Below are positions 50,400 through 63,670 of a stretch of 64,000 nt of DNA, one piece after another. Within the stretch, counting starts at the first letter, position 1, and each line of letters begins with the position of its first letter. Origin of the DNA: Octopus bimaculoides. Its lineage: Eukaryota. Where the stretch lies: the NCBI RefSeq assembly GCF_001194135.2, contig NC_068995.1:23587872-23651871 (forward strand). Direction: 5' to 3'. A program made the translations under genes and the position numbers. The notes beneath the pieces were generated by a model. It saw nothing but the letters and a program-made list of their open reading frames with translations. It had not been told where the DNA came from and searched no databases.

Positions 50400-50645
50400 G
50401 TTTGTGCGAATGTGTGTGTCTTCGTGTTTGTGTTTGTATCCCACGTCACCACTTTACAAATGCTGTTGGTGTGTTTACGTTCCTGTAATCTATCAGCTCA
50501 CCAAAAGAGACAGATAGAATAAGTACTAGGCTTTAAAAAGAATAAGTATCGGGGTTGATTTGTTGACAAATATCATTCAAAGGAGTGCTCCGGCATGGCC
50601 GCAGTCAAATGACTGAAACAAGTAAAAGAATTAAACAATAAAAGA
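50400..50645 (+). mobile_element. SINE family A 3' half, diverged
   Basis: GATAGAATAAGTACTAGGC..GTGCTCCGGCATGGCCGCAGTCAAATGACTGAAACAAGTAAAAG. Confidence 0.85.
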
Positions 50646-50950
50646 ACATATATATATATATATACCTAGTATACTTTATTTTACCTTACTTTTCAGATAT
50701 TTTAGAGACTTAAAACTATATATTTATTGATTCTAGAATGAATTGAACACACACACACATATATTAAATCTTGCGTGCGATATACGGTAGTGTTCCTGTG
50801 GTCTTCCAGCCTTATGTATCCATTCTTACTATAATGTGTATATATATATACCTATATATATACATATATATATTTACATATATATATACATNNNNNNNNN
50901 NNNNNNNNNNNNNNNNNNNNNNNNNNNNNNNNNNNNNNNNNNNNNNNNNN

Positions 50951-50990
<40 letters not shown>

Positions 50991-51165
50991 TACCTTGATT
51001 CTGTGTGGACTAAGATCCCCGTTAATAGGCCGCTGGTATCTATAGAGTGTTAAACACATACGGTATGTAAATTAGGGACTCCTTCATAGAATAACTGCAG
51101 CATTTGTTGAGTATATAGACAGTTTGGCTGCTACTTCTCTGGTGACTGTCAGAATGATGTAGACG

Positions 51166-51206
51166 CCTCTGATAAGAACCCAATAAGGTTCGAAAATCGA
51201 TTAAGG
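51166..51206 (+). ncRNA. Hammerhead motif with G8-to-A core (CUGAUAA)
   Basis: CCT-CTGATAA-GAACC-caataa-GGTTC-GAA-AATCGATT-A-AGG: 5-bp stem II and an 8-nt palindromic stem III. Confidence 0.55.
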
Positions 51207-53904
51207 TTATTCATTATTTTTTTTCAGTCTGCGGAGAAATGGTTAAAATGTGCTCGGTTTATAATTATAGCATATGTAACATTTATATACATTTGTACTT
51301 GAACATGAGGTACTTATTGGGAAGAGTAATTCATTTAATAGATTTACATTGTGCTGTACAAGCGTTTATCACTATATTCCAATGTCATACAGATGTCTCA
51401 TTATGGTACTTCATTGGTCATTCTCTGTACTGAAAATTGTATGGCGATGGAGGTGTGGTGACATGTGCAGACGTAATTATTTGGAAGCGCATACTAAGCT
51501 AGAACCTATACTTTAGTCTATGAAGATCTGCAATCGATCTGAATACTCATCTGACGGTAAGTTAGAAATGCCATTGACAACGAAAAATTGGAAGAAGACG
51601 GCAATTATCTGTGAAGATGGATCAATCACCATATATGTGTATGTATATGCGAGTGTGTCTGTCTATTTGTTATATGTGTTTATGCGTTTATGTATGGTTT
51701 AATATCATGTATCGTTTAAAGTTGCAACGTTAGATTCAATGAAATAATCTTAAAGATTACAATATGTAAAAGTAAAAGCGCGACAGCTACTCATAAGCCC
51801 AAATTATGAATGTGAGAAGTTGTGTGATATCCACGGTAAAATCCTATAACTGGTCGACAGCGTCAGCCAATCTGTTTTGATAACAAGCTGAAGACTATTC
51901 GTTTTAGTTAAAATGCCAATATCTTTTGTATGTGCAAGCACATTGCCGCATCTCATTTACTGTCTCCATTAAACGCAGACATCTATAGCATATGTAATGA
52001 AAATACACAGATTTTATTGAAATAAATACTTCCCACTTAATGAGACATGTAAAGAAATATGTTAGGTATACTAATTCGATAAATTTAAGCGAGCAACATG
52101 AAAATTGTGTTGTAAATTCTGTTTCAACCACTTTTCTAGTTACAACAAAAATGGCTGGCTGCCAAATTTATACAGATATCCAGCGCCACGTAATGGAATG
52201 TTATTCAGTGCCTTTATGACCCACCCACCCACTTTTTACACCTATGCGCAGCGCATCGCGTTACTTCGATTCAATCACGGGCCAATGGCGTCGTTGGACT
52301 AACAGATTATCATGAGGATGTATTAATAATGGGAAATTAGAATACAACTATAATTAGACAGTAATTTATCAATCTCTGTCAAATGAATTGATTAAATGAA
52401 GGAAAGAAATGATCTCTTTAGAATTGCCATTATTCGTATAAACATAGCTATATATCAGTGGGGAAGACTTATTAATTGCTATCCACATAAAAGGATCATA
52501 TAATGCCATCAATCTTGCCTCTTCTAATTACCAAATTTCTTATTAACCATATGCAATATGCTGAATGCTTAGCGACAAGGGAAATACAATATAAACTATC
52601 AAGATACACTAAAGTTTCTCTATATCATGCTTCACTGATTCTCGTTAAGAAATTTAGGAAACTCAAGCAAGTACTTTCTTATTTTCTATTTATTGATGTA
52701 AGCAAATATGAAACGTATGCTAATTTGGTACAAATAACACGTTGTAGTCAACTAGTATATAATGGAATGAACTGGATAAACAGAGGATAATGCATAAGAT
52801 TATTGAATGTAATATTGTTCATCTCTAAGCCACATTAGTAACTCAGGGGCTGAAAGGTTAGTGCGTCGCAGTAATATTAGAAGGAACTGTTAGGACCATT
52901 CAACATTACATTGAAATAATACACACATACGCACTAATATGTACACTCATAAACCCACTCATACATACATACATACATACATACACACTCATAATGTGGA
53001 TAGATAGATAAACAGATAGACAGACAAACAGCTAGATAGATAGATAGATAGATGGTTAAACATGTTGATATGCAAAACTTGAGGTCCTTACGAATTTGAA
53101 TTTGTTGTGTAAATATCTTTTGGTATGATATCTTCAATGTTATGAATGACAACTATACACAATAATACATGTAGTACAGTACCTCCTTCTCCGTACTTAA
53201 GTTCGTTTTGGACAGTTTCATACTTAAATTAAGGCGACGGACAGTCTTATACTGGCCACAGAGGATTTTACATGTTTTGTACGCTGTCGGAAGAGAATGG
53301 TGTTTTTATTTAAAAACAGAACGTTGTTTAGTAACGCATTTGAGACGACTTATATTATATAAGGTGCCAATAGTTGGCTGATTCAATTTAATATTTGTCT
53401 GCAGAGAAATAATGTTCGAAATAATTTATAAATGATATGGACGTCTGTTGCGTGTGAGGGTGTGCCTATGCGTGTGGGCGTATGTGTAAATTTAATGTTA
53501 TAATTTTAAACTGAGTCAAATATAGCAACGGGAAAATTTACTGATGGTTGACATAAAACTGAGAGTAGAACGTTTAGCTTCTTGTGACACGTTAACTGTT
53601 TGACGCCAGCGTTTGAATATATGTAAATTACAAACGTCATTCGTCTTGATTTTAAAAGAAGTTCGTAGGCATAACACTCCATTATTCAGACCCGCTTCAT
53701 ATGGCCCAGATATCTTGTAATATGATATGTTTTAATTTAACTAGATTCCTTTGTTGGAAAATAGGATAATTTAAAGTTTGTGTTATTGTTGAGATCACCA
53801 GTGTTGTAGATGTTGATGACCAAACACTACTTTAGTTGGAATTTGAAATTAAATAGCTAAAATATTTCCATCACTATAGGATTTATAGAACCTAGTAATG
53901 TTGA

Positions 53905-54114
53905 TTTCAAATATTGGCAAAAGACCAGCAATGTCGGGAGAGAGAGTAAGTCGATTACACTGACCCAGAGCTTGAGTGATATTTATTTTATATTCGAAAA
54001 AGTTGAAAGGCCAAGTCAAACGCGGCGGAATGTGAACACAGAACGTAGACACAAACGAAATGCTACAAAGCGCTTGGCCCAGTGTTGCTAACGCTTCTGC
54101 CAGCTCGCCGTCTT
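53905..54114 (-). mobile_element. SINE family B, tail type 2, diverged
   Basis: Head CTTCTGCCAGCTCGCCG; tail TTTCAAATATTGGCAAAAGACCAGCAAT. Confidence 0.8.
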
Positions 54115-56697
54115 CACACGTCTTATAATATTAGTTCTTATATAACGATTAGGAGTGAATGAATAGGACGATGTTAGTTAATACCCTTCCGTGCAATTAC
54201 TCAAAGACTTGGCACGATATTATATTCATTTATTTACATGTATCACTATAATATTCACGATTGACGCCAGCATATTGTATATATGTAATTGTACCGAATT
54301 TATTCTTATAATATCCTGTTGTTGTGTCTACGGAGAGCCATTATCTCAAAAGAAAAATTCGAATAAACATATGTCATTGATAAGGTCACACGTAGCAACG
54401 AGAGGACTGAATCAACTTATTAACAAACCGTTGGACAGTTAGTTGGTAAAATAAAGAAGTGGTTTTGAGCAAGTGCGTGTGTTTATTTCAAGTTTTATTT
54501 TCGTAACAACTTTCCCTAGGCACAAGATTTTTTTCCCGAATTCGCATCAGGGTATCTTGAAAACCAAATACAAAAACGAAGAAAAATTATTTTGACTTTC
54601 CATGTACACGAAATATTTGGAAATAAATAAAAATAGATTCAAAATGTAGAAACAAATTTATAGTAAAGGAAAATTTATTAAACATACTCGGTGATGGGCA
54701 AAGAGAGCAGCAAAAATGAAATTTCCTATTAAAGCCAAGTAAATGGAAACCAAATTACAAATTAGAAGATCGACATACGTAAGTAATCTTTGAAGTAAAA
54801 GAAAATATACTACGTGTCTGTCAACGTTAGATTCTTCACTAACATTACTAAAGTGAAAGAAATAGCGGAGCATAATACAATCATTTACCATAACAACATC
54901 ACATACCTAAGACAGCTAGTGAGATGTGTGTCACTCACATTTGTCTCTTCATGTACAAAAAAAATGTGGCTGATATTTCAGTGAATATGAATCCACATAC
55001 ATATTCATAATGTATTTCAAAGTAGAGGAATGTTGTCTTTTATCTTTACATTATTTCTTTCATATTTTACGCACAAACAGAATCATACGTTTTAAATATA
55101 TGAACATAGTTTCGCTTTGATCATACATCACTACATTAAATTTATATGTGGACGTGTATGTGTACGTTATGATTAAAACAATTCTATACAAAAAGAAACA
55201 GATATTACTCCACATATATATTTGCATGTTTGTGTGGGAGTATAGTGATTTGTGCTAATGATCGAAGCATGAATGCCCATGACGAAAATGATGACAACGA
55301 CCACAAAAAATGGACAATGATGTTGATGGCGACGACGACGACGATGATGAGAACGACGATGATCATGGTGGGAATCATGACGATGAATTAAGCAGGAGAA
55401 AGTGATAAAGTACAAGATGTGCCATTTATAATTCTGGTACCTAACTAGTCAATCAAAGACTAAACATCACAGACAGACTAATCATTGTTATCTAATTCGA
55501 ATATTTAGTATGATTTTCATCTGTTTAAGAATAAGGATATCTGCACTATGATAGCTGAGTAATAAAAGTATTAGAAGCTTCTTTTCATGATGTTATTCTT
55601 GCAGTTTAATTATATCTATCTGTAAGTCTGAAGGTTATAAATGATAACGCTGCACCGTTTTGAATATCAATGTCATAAACTAGTAATATCACCCGTGAAT
55701 TTGATATCAGAATTGTCTTCCTTAAAATTTATCAAAGGAAATACCTGCATTAAGGGACATTACTCAATTTATTTAGGTAAACTGTTTCAAACGTGACACT
55801 TCTAAGCCTTTATTCATTCATTGCTATATCTTTCGTGTATACGACGGAACCGTACTTCTGCTGGAGGTGATGAAATCAGTTTCTTACCAAAGGTAATCTG
55901 TGTGTGATCTGTGAATTCGATCTAACTGTATGAAGTGCAGATTTGGTCTAACTTAGAAGAGATTGTTCACTTCTATTATGAAAACTGCATTTCGGAATTC
56001 TACTCACCGATACTCGATATATAATGTTGACTTAGTTTATATTTTGATTTGTTCTTCTGATGACACCAAATCTATTTAACATTCACTTGAAGTTTTTCTT
56101 CCTGTTATTTCAATGAACGGCTAGAATTACTGTAGTTCTTGGAGAATTCCTCCTTAAAAAGAAGGCACTTAACCATCGTTTCATACTGGATTTTACATCA
56201 ATGGTATGTTGTGCATAATACCACATCCAAATAAACTGTTGTTTTATGTAATTCACTGAAACATGTAAAAGACTGCGCACGCATACACACATGCAAACTC
56301 ACACCCTCTCTCTCTCTCCCACTCTCTCTTTCTCTCTTTCTCTCTAAGCGGTTCCTATTAAGACCAATCAAAAATTCTAATTCTGATTCACTATCGAGTG
56401 CCTGGTATTGTCTAAGGAAAAGATGAATTACCGGCATCCCCAATTAATCCAACTTAGCTCCGTGGGATTGTACCTTGGATTGTACAATAAGAGAGGTCGC
56501 TGGAAACAAATTCTAATTAAAGATGCAAAGAAAATGTATCATCTGTATATATATATATATGTACATNNNNNNNNNNNNNNNNNNNNNNNNNNNNNNNNNN
56601 NNNNNNNNNNNNNNNNNNNNNNNNNNNNNNNNNNNNNNNNNNNNNNNNNNNNNNNNNNNNNNNNNNNNNNNNNNNNNNNNNNNNNNNNNNNNNNNNN

Positions 56698-56731
<34 letters not shown>

Positions 56732-56803
56732 TGCTTGGTCACTTCAAACGAACTTTTGCAGAATTGGTTGGGGAGAATCCTAGTAGTAATTTAGCTGGCG
56801 TAC

Positions 56804-56861
56804 TTTGGCTGATGAGAAATCGGGCAACTATTTGGTGCTAAATTTCGAAACCGGTACCGGG
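56804..56861 (+). ncRNA. Minimal type-I hammerhead ribozyme with an intact catalytic core
   Basis: TTTGG-CTGATGA-GAAAT..GGCA/TGCT..ATTTC-GAA-ACCGGT-A-CCGGG. Canonical core, G10.1-C11.1 pair, palindromic stem III, GUA site; stem I has 2 Watson-Crick and 3 G-U pairs. Confidence 0.75.
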
Positions 56862-57132
56862 TTGACCAGCATTTACTTGTTCTGACCCAGTAGAGGTAAG
56901 CCATTATTATTGTTCACTGATATTTCTTCTTATCATGTTTGTAGTAGATTTGTGACTATTGGGTGGTACAGAAGTGTTTTTTTTTACTTCTAGTTTTAGC
57001 GATATAGGTACTCATGTAGTACCCTTGTGTATATATATGTACATATCTAATATTGTATGTATATGTTTTATTAATTTGCCTGTACGGCTGATAATTCGCT
57101 TACCACTCGTGATGGTATTTTAGTAATATCAT

Positions 57133-57178
<46 letters not shown>

Positions 57179-57180
<2 letters not shown>

Positions 57181-57293
57181 GCTCAGGAGTGGCTGTCCGG
57201 GTTCAGTCCCACTGCGTGGCACATTGGGCAAATGTCTTCTACTACAGCCTCGAGCTGACCAATGCCTTGTGAATGAATTTGGTAGACGGAAAC
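57179..57293 (+). mobile_element. SINE family A head with an internal deletion between the A and B boxes
   Basis: GGCTCAGGAGTGGCTGT|CCGGGTTCAGTCCCACTGCGTGGCACATTGGGCAAATG..TTTGGTAGACGGAAAC. Confidence 0.85.
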
Positions 57294-58904
57294 ATATGTG
57301 CACGTGCGTGTGTATGTGTATTACTAATAGTGTGTATGTATTTCTATTTGCTGCATCTTTAAATAATAAATATTTAGGCAAAGTTTGCTTCTTCCTGTTC
57401 ATGTAACCAAGATCTACATGTAACAGGAAAGAACATATGAATAGTTAGTTTGCTGAAAGACGTGGATAAATACAAAATAACAAGATATTAAACTTGCGAA
57501 ATACATGTAGCAACGCAACAGCAGATACATGGTCTATGCACAGGTTTCCATACCAAATGTGAAGCCTAACAATGGCATCTGTACTGACTGTACAATACAA
57601 ATATATATCTTCGAAAATATGATAAGAATACATGGCGGAAACATTTAAGTTTCCCTTTAACACCTTTCTACCAATTACAGCATTTGTAATTTTGCGTATC
57701 ACTCAAAATCATAAACAAGTGTTTCTTAATGTTTATTATTATTATTATTATTATTTTTGTCTGTGAGTTATTTAAATCTTTCTAGGTTCTTGCATTCCTA
57801 AATCTGATTCATCGTCTTACTTCCGGACTGAATCAACATTCTCTTTTTGGAAGTGCGATCGAAATACGAAGGCATTTTTACTTTTATACTGTGTAATACG
57901 TAGCGAAGTGTGGCATGAAATCCCTTGTGGTATTTGTCATGCATTGCTGCCGACTAAAGTCTACTTAGATGGCAAGGTGGTAAACTGAATTCACTGCCCG
58001 GTTTATTACCACTATATGACCTCGAATGTCTTTAAAGAACTTCATTCCTTTGAAAGCATTTGAAACAGGCCTCAGGGTTTGGAATACCTTCCTCGCTCAA
58101 TTTCACTTCTCTCAGTGTCTCTGGAAAAGAAATACGAAAAATAAATGGTCTTTTACCATTTATACCCACTTCCGATTATATGCTGCTGATCTCATCGCCA
58201 AGAACGACAAATACTACTGATCTACACTTTTGTATACTGAGTTGAAATAATCATAATCCATTGTAATAACTCTTTCTCAGTTCTGGAATATTTCATAGTT
58301 TTTTTTCGATGTTTTAACTTCAGGCATTTACATTTTGTGCTACAAAATCAATGATCAACAGACCAGTTATGATTCTGATTTTGAAAATTTGATTTTGAAA
58401 ACACTTGATTTTGAAAATACAGCGTCTGTGTGAAGGAATTTTTATCGCTACTAGGAATTCTAGACGAAAATAATGAATGGCAGATGCATATTATAAACAG
58501 AATCTTCACAACTAGTTGGGTAATATCAGACTGATAAATAATAAATTCATCATGATAAATATGAACTATTTTCCGGCCTATTATTCTAGTATCCCAATGT
58601 TAGTTATCATATGGATTCAGCGTCGAAAATATGTAAAATCAATAACCATTCCAAACTTTTGCAAGCCACCGAAGTGCTTACCAATTAACTAATCAATTTC
58701 GGTGTAACAGATGTATATAGCACCATGTCGGTCTGCTTCATTGTTTATGTGTATGGCCATTTGCCTGTCTGTTCTCTATGAGTGTATACATATACATGCT
58801 TAGATTTCAATTCGACTGTCTATAAATAACGTGTCAGTTATATCAAGACAGCGCACAAAGATGGAGATTTACTGTTTCAACATTCTAGAGTATATTACAT
58901 ATAT

Positions 58905-59067
58905 AGTTACGTACGTACGTGCATACATACATGCACGCATGCATATGTATATGCGCGTGTGTGTGTGTGCTTGTGTGTGTGTTTGTGTGTATATATATAT
59001 GTGTGTGTGAGTGTGTGAGTGTGTGAGTGTGTGTGTGAGTGGGTTTGCGTGTGCGTGTGTGTGTGTG

Positions 59068-59102
<35 letters not shown>
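58905..59102. repeat. Degenerate (TG)n-rich compound microsatellite
   Basis: Read directly from the sequence. Confidence 0.9.
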
Positions 59103-59105
<3 letters not shown>

Positions 59106-59284
59106 GTCGAATTTATTTATACGGAGATGGCTCTGAGTTTCTTCCATTAACAATTTTAGTCTTCCGCTTCCATACAAACACACACACACACATACCCACA
59201 CATGCATACACATATCGACACATACGCATATGAACACATGGAGAATTATACACACACACAAATATATATACATACATGCATGCA

Positions 59285-60155
59285 TTCATATTACCTCCCA
59301 TTCTGGAAGGTATGCGCTCGGAATCCAAGATCAGGAAATATCAACGAAATACCTGATGAACAAAAGGGAAAGAAATGCAGGAAAGGCAGTGAAATGTGAC
59401 AACCGACGCAGACTTTGTCAGTTAACACAGAGAATATCATCCACATCATAAGCAGTTGGATGAAAATATCATCACGGTATTATCAAGCAATATGACATGA
59501 TTTTGTCGCTAGGATACTCTATAATGAAATCCTTTGGAAAGGTAAGCCCTTGGGTAAAGAAATATGAACCCGCAGTATGGTAGAAGCCATAGCCACTCAT
59601 AATTAAATTTAAACACAACAGACCTGATGTAATGATTTGGGATAAAGAAGAGAAAGAGTGTACAGTTGTGGAAATTAGCTGCCCAGCGGATGTTAACATA
59701 AAGCTGAAGATCAGTGAAAAAGAGAATACCTACCCTGAACTATTTATTGAGTAATCTGCAGTTACTACATCCAGATTATAAGTTCAGATTTTTCCCTATA
59801 ACTATTGGGACTCTGGGATATGTAACACTCTGACTAAATACCAAACTTGAGAAATTAGGCTTCTCAAAACCAGAAAAGAGAAAGCTAATTCGAAGACTAC
59901 AGATCCAATCCATCACTGGAACTGTAAAAATCTATAAAACTTACCAGATGTCTTTCATTTGAATATATATATGAGCAAGTCTAGATATGTGAATACATAC
60001 ATAAAACAAAACATACAAATCTGCACTTATACTTACATTCATACATACAAAAATACTTTGTTGCCGATGTTGAGATTCCAAAGAAGTCTTGTATCTAGCT
60101 TAGAAACTGGCTCTTTGTCTATCGGCATGAGATCTTGAAATAAACTGAATAATGA
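59285..60155 (+). mobile_element. R4/NeSL-like RLE non-LTR retrotransposon 3' end (ORF relic 59290-59962, 3'UTR, then (CATA)n)
   Basis: ITSHSGRYALGIQDQEISTKYL..CDNRRRLC..ENIIHIISS..RYY..*HDFVARILY (knuckle); KHNRPDVMIWDKEEKECTVVEISCPADVNI..K..EKENTY (RLE); FPITIGTLG..LQIQSITGTVKI..*. Confidence 0.88.
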
Positions 60156-62559
60156 CATACATACGTACATACATACATGCATACATACATACATACATAC
60201 ATACATACATACATACATACATACATACACATTTGCGTACTTATATATCTATATAATTTCTAGTTTGTATATTGAGTACTTTTACTCCCATTTGTAATGT
60301 GGAACGCATATATTTATGCATTTAATATTATTACAACTATCATATATGCGACAAACATCATCTGACATCTACGTCGTATATTGCGATAGTGAACTGCTAT
60401 TCAGAATTTTCTTTAGAAAGATATTTTGCACAATGGATGTCAAATATGGCTTAAGGAATACGCAATTCGTTATGCGTGGTCTGTGGAACGTGTTTGGTTT
60501 AATCAGGTGTAACGGAACAGTTTTTCCAATATTTTGATATTCTCTCTTTTTGTATATTAATATCAGTGTATCGATCAGATGTTCCTTGTTAATCCTTCAA
60601 GCTATATTTCTTTCTAGATAAAAGATTGCTTACTTCGTCCTCAGTAACTGTCTTTGTTTTTTTTCTTTCTTTCTTTTTTTTTTTTGTCAATGAGTATCTT
60701 TCTTGAAAAGGAATGACTATAACTGCAACGGTAAAACTTTTCAACAAACCTGTATCGATTTATTTCCTAAGAATTAAGCATAAGCTATTTCTTTGTTCAA
60801 ACCATTTTATGAATGTACACTTCATCTATTATAATACTTTGGGAAAAGGCCTTAATGCGGCAACGTTCAGCTCTATATTATATGCTGGCCATAATACGGA
60901 ATACTACGATTTTCTTGAACACTTGCTATAGAGACAGAAGACGTGGGGTACTGAAGGAAGAAACGATGGTCACTGGAAATATTTGGAGATTGATAAAACT
61001 CAACTGGATGGTCTACTCCGAATTATTTTCAGAAATTCCTTATTAACGGATTTCATTACTATGCAGGATTATTATGCTGGATTGGAAGTGGCCTCAGTTT
61101 GCTGATTCCGTACAAAATGAGGAAACTGTTTTTCATGTAATCGTTCTGTAAGCGATTTTTCCTGATTCTTAAAATTATCTTAGAACAGTAGATGTCATTA
61201 TAGTATGACTATAACGACATTTGTAGTATGACTAGGACGTCTATACAATCAGTTCTAAACTTTGTCTTCCAACAATGTCACTATTTCGCAATTAAAACTT
61301 AGCAAAATTTGCGCGTCATTCCAAATACATTCTAGGTGGATTTACAGGCTGATAGGAAATGGGGCGAGAAGTGTGTAGTAACTTTCAATCTTGTCAAGAC
61401 CAAACTCAGCGGGGTCCGCATCTTCCTCCGATTTGTAGGAATTTTAATTATATGTCTGCGGTATTACATGGTAAGATACACAAAACACTTGGGGAAAGGT
61501 CTTATTTGAAACTGGTTAGGCTTCCCTTCTCACCAGGGCTGCATAGCAAAGGGTTGTTATTCGTCTCTCCTCGATCGGGTTCAGGAGCGAGTCTCTAATT
61601 TGACTGGTCCTTCTCTTGCTTCAACTCAGCAACCCTTGTCACATCGACGTGACGTCGTCACTCTTAGTTGTTTCTATTGATATTACTACAAGAAGTACTC
61701 TGATGAACTTTATTTCTTAGTTCCGCATCACTTTGTGTCATCTTACCTCACTCGAAACTCACAGCGTCATCAAAATATTGTTATGCTTCCACGAATGAAG
61801 AAGTCCTCGCAAAGTCGTAACATTTTCCCCCGAAATGTCACACTTTGAAACTCTCTTCCATCTCATTGATTCCCCTTTTCTAATCTTAATCTTTCCTTCT
61901 TCGTAGTCCCTTACACTAAGTGGTTTCTCGCTTTCTTTAGGATTTTCGAATGAAAGGGAAGTAATAACACACCTCAATGAAAAAACACTGCAATTAAATG
62001 CAACGCTGAATGAGGAGAATAAACAGCTCGATTGAGTGATGGAACGAAGTGCAGAAACATTGCAAAATATTTTGCGACATCCAAATCTTCCATTTAAATA
62101 TTCTTCAGCTTCCCTTTAAAATTTCCCCCTCTCTTTATTACTCCTCTCTCCCTCCCCCTCTCTCTCCTATAATACAATATATCGTGCAGGAAGTTATTTT
62201 GAATGGAATAATCTTTATTACTTCCTACTTGAACTAAATTTTATGTTAATATTGAGAAACTTCTAGAGTAATTGCTTCACTTAATATAAGTCATTTTTTT
62301 TTCGACATTATCATTCGTATGTTTTAAAAATTTCTTCATAAACATAAACGAAGAAAATATTTGGTAGAATTTAAAGATTGTCGACAAAAGAGTTTAGCTA
62401 TATTGACTTTCATCCTTTTACCACATTGTCGATGAAATAAGTACAAGTTACCGAAATATCTATTTGATAGTTGAATATGACTTCTATTATTGTGGGCTTG
62501 CGCCTATAATAGATATATTGAGGTTTAAACTAGCTGCAGTTTTACACTTTTTGCTGGAG

Positions 62560-62880
62560 GACGGTAGTCGATTACATTGCTTCTGATATTTTACTGGACA
62601 TTAATTATTTCAGCCACTAAGGGATCAAAGATAATGCTAAGAGCAAATTTATTTGAACGCAATGGAATTTCACTAAACAACATAATTCATTGTGACCATC
62701 AATTTATCGACTTTACCGACCACGAATTTCGATATCTATCATAGATAAAAGGCCAGATTTTGTACGTAAGGGAAATAGACTATTATGTAAACATCAGTGT
62801 TTTCTGATCACTTAATTTATCGACAGCAGAAGGAAAAAATTATACTGAGGAAGGCGGTATTTGAACATGGAATATATAGG
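62560..62880 (-). mobile_element. Two very old SINE family B-like remnants
   Basis: Residual blocks AGTCGATTACATTG and CACTTAATTTATCGAC..GGCGGTATTTGAAC. Confidence 0.4.
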
Positions 62881-63180
62881 GAAAATATTGCTAATAAATG
62901 ATTAGAATAATCAAAATATCAATTGTTTTTATAGGAAACGAAAGAAGATAACACGGTAATATTTTTCTTTAAAATATAACAAAATTTGCTCATTTAGCTA
63001 CGGGTGGAATCACATGAAGTTTACATAGTAGTTACGCATTGAATAAGTGACCTGTGGTAATTTGTCTGGCTTAGATTTTCTCAATTCAAATAGTGCCGAT
63101 GTTAACTTTCACTTCCAAACTACTTGATTCGAGAAAATGTGTTCAAATCATTTATTAGTGCTGATATCGTGTGATTGAGT

Positions 63181-63563
63181 GGAGGCGCAATAGCCCAGTG
63201 GTTAGGGCAGCGGACTCGCGGTCATAGGATCGCGGTTTCGATTCTCAGACCGGGCATTGTGAGTATTTATTGAGTGAAAACACCGAAAGCTCCCCGAGGC
63301 TCCGGCAGGGGATGGTGGCGAACCCTGCTGTACTCTTTCACCACAACTTTCTCTCACTCTTACTTCCTGTTTTCTGTTGTGCCTGTAATTCAAAGGTTCA
63401 GCCTTGTCACATGGTGTCATGCTGAATATCCCCGAGAACTACGTTAAGGGTACACGTGTTTGTGGAGTGCTCAGCCACTTGCACGTTAATTTCACGAGCA
63501 GGCTGTTCCGTTGATCGGATCAACTGGAACCTTCGATGTCGTAAGCGACGGAGTGCCAACAAC
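63181..63563 (+). mobile_element. SINE family C, full length (tRNA-like head), with an 11-bp TSD
   Basis: A box TAGCCCAGTGG, B box GTTTCGATTC and tail GGAGTGCCAACAAC. CGTGTGATTGA occurs at 63168-63178 and 63563-63573. Confidence 0.92.
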
Positions 63564-63670
63564 GTGTGATTGAATACTGATGGTAGCAACAATGCATGGT
63601 CACAATAATTAACAGTACAGAACAATTCTCCCTCCAAATATGGATGTCCACCAGCAGGTGAAGTAATATA

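Larger units (their letters stand above)
2382..56697. other. About 15 assembly gaps (N runs of 10 to about 900 nt), mostly bounded by (TA)n/(CA)n/(TG)n tracts
   Basis: N runs start near 2382, 7384, 8697, 8957, 10590, 13478, 17899, 24943, 27727, 31259, 35314, 41428, 47809, 50892 and 56567. Confidence 0.98.

Noticed and set aside
55173-55415. His/Arg-rich ORF
   Set aside because: It is a translation of a degenerate (GAY)n trinucleotide repeat.
7361-56794. Long ORFs in the track made of X runs and YI/CV/HT dipeptide repeats
   Set aside because: They are artefacts of N gaps and dinucleotide microsatellites.
60931-61115. Open frame TWGTEGRNDGHWKYLEIDKTQLDGLLRIIF as an exon or transposase piece
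   Set aside because: No recognisable motif and no clear donor site.
61698-61735. CTGATGA followed by a hairpin
   Set aside because: No GAAA or stem III follows.
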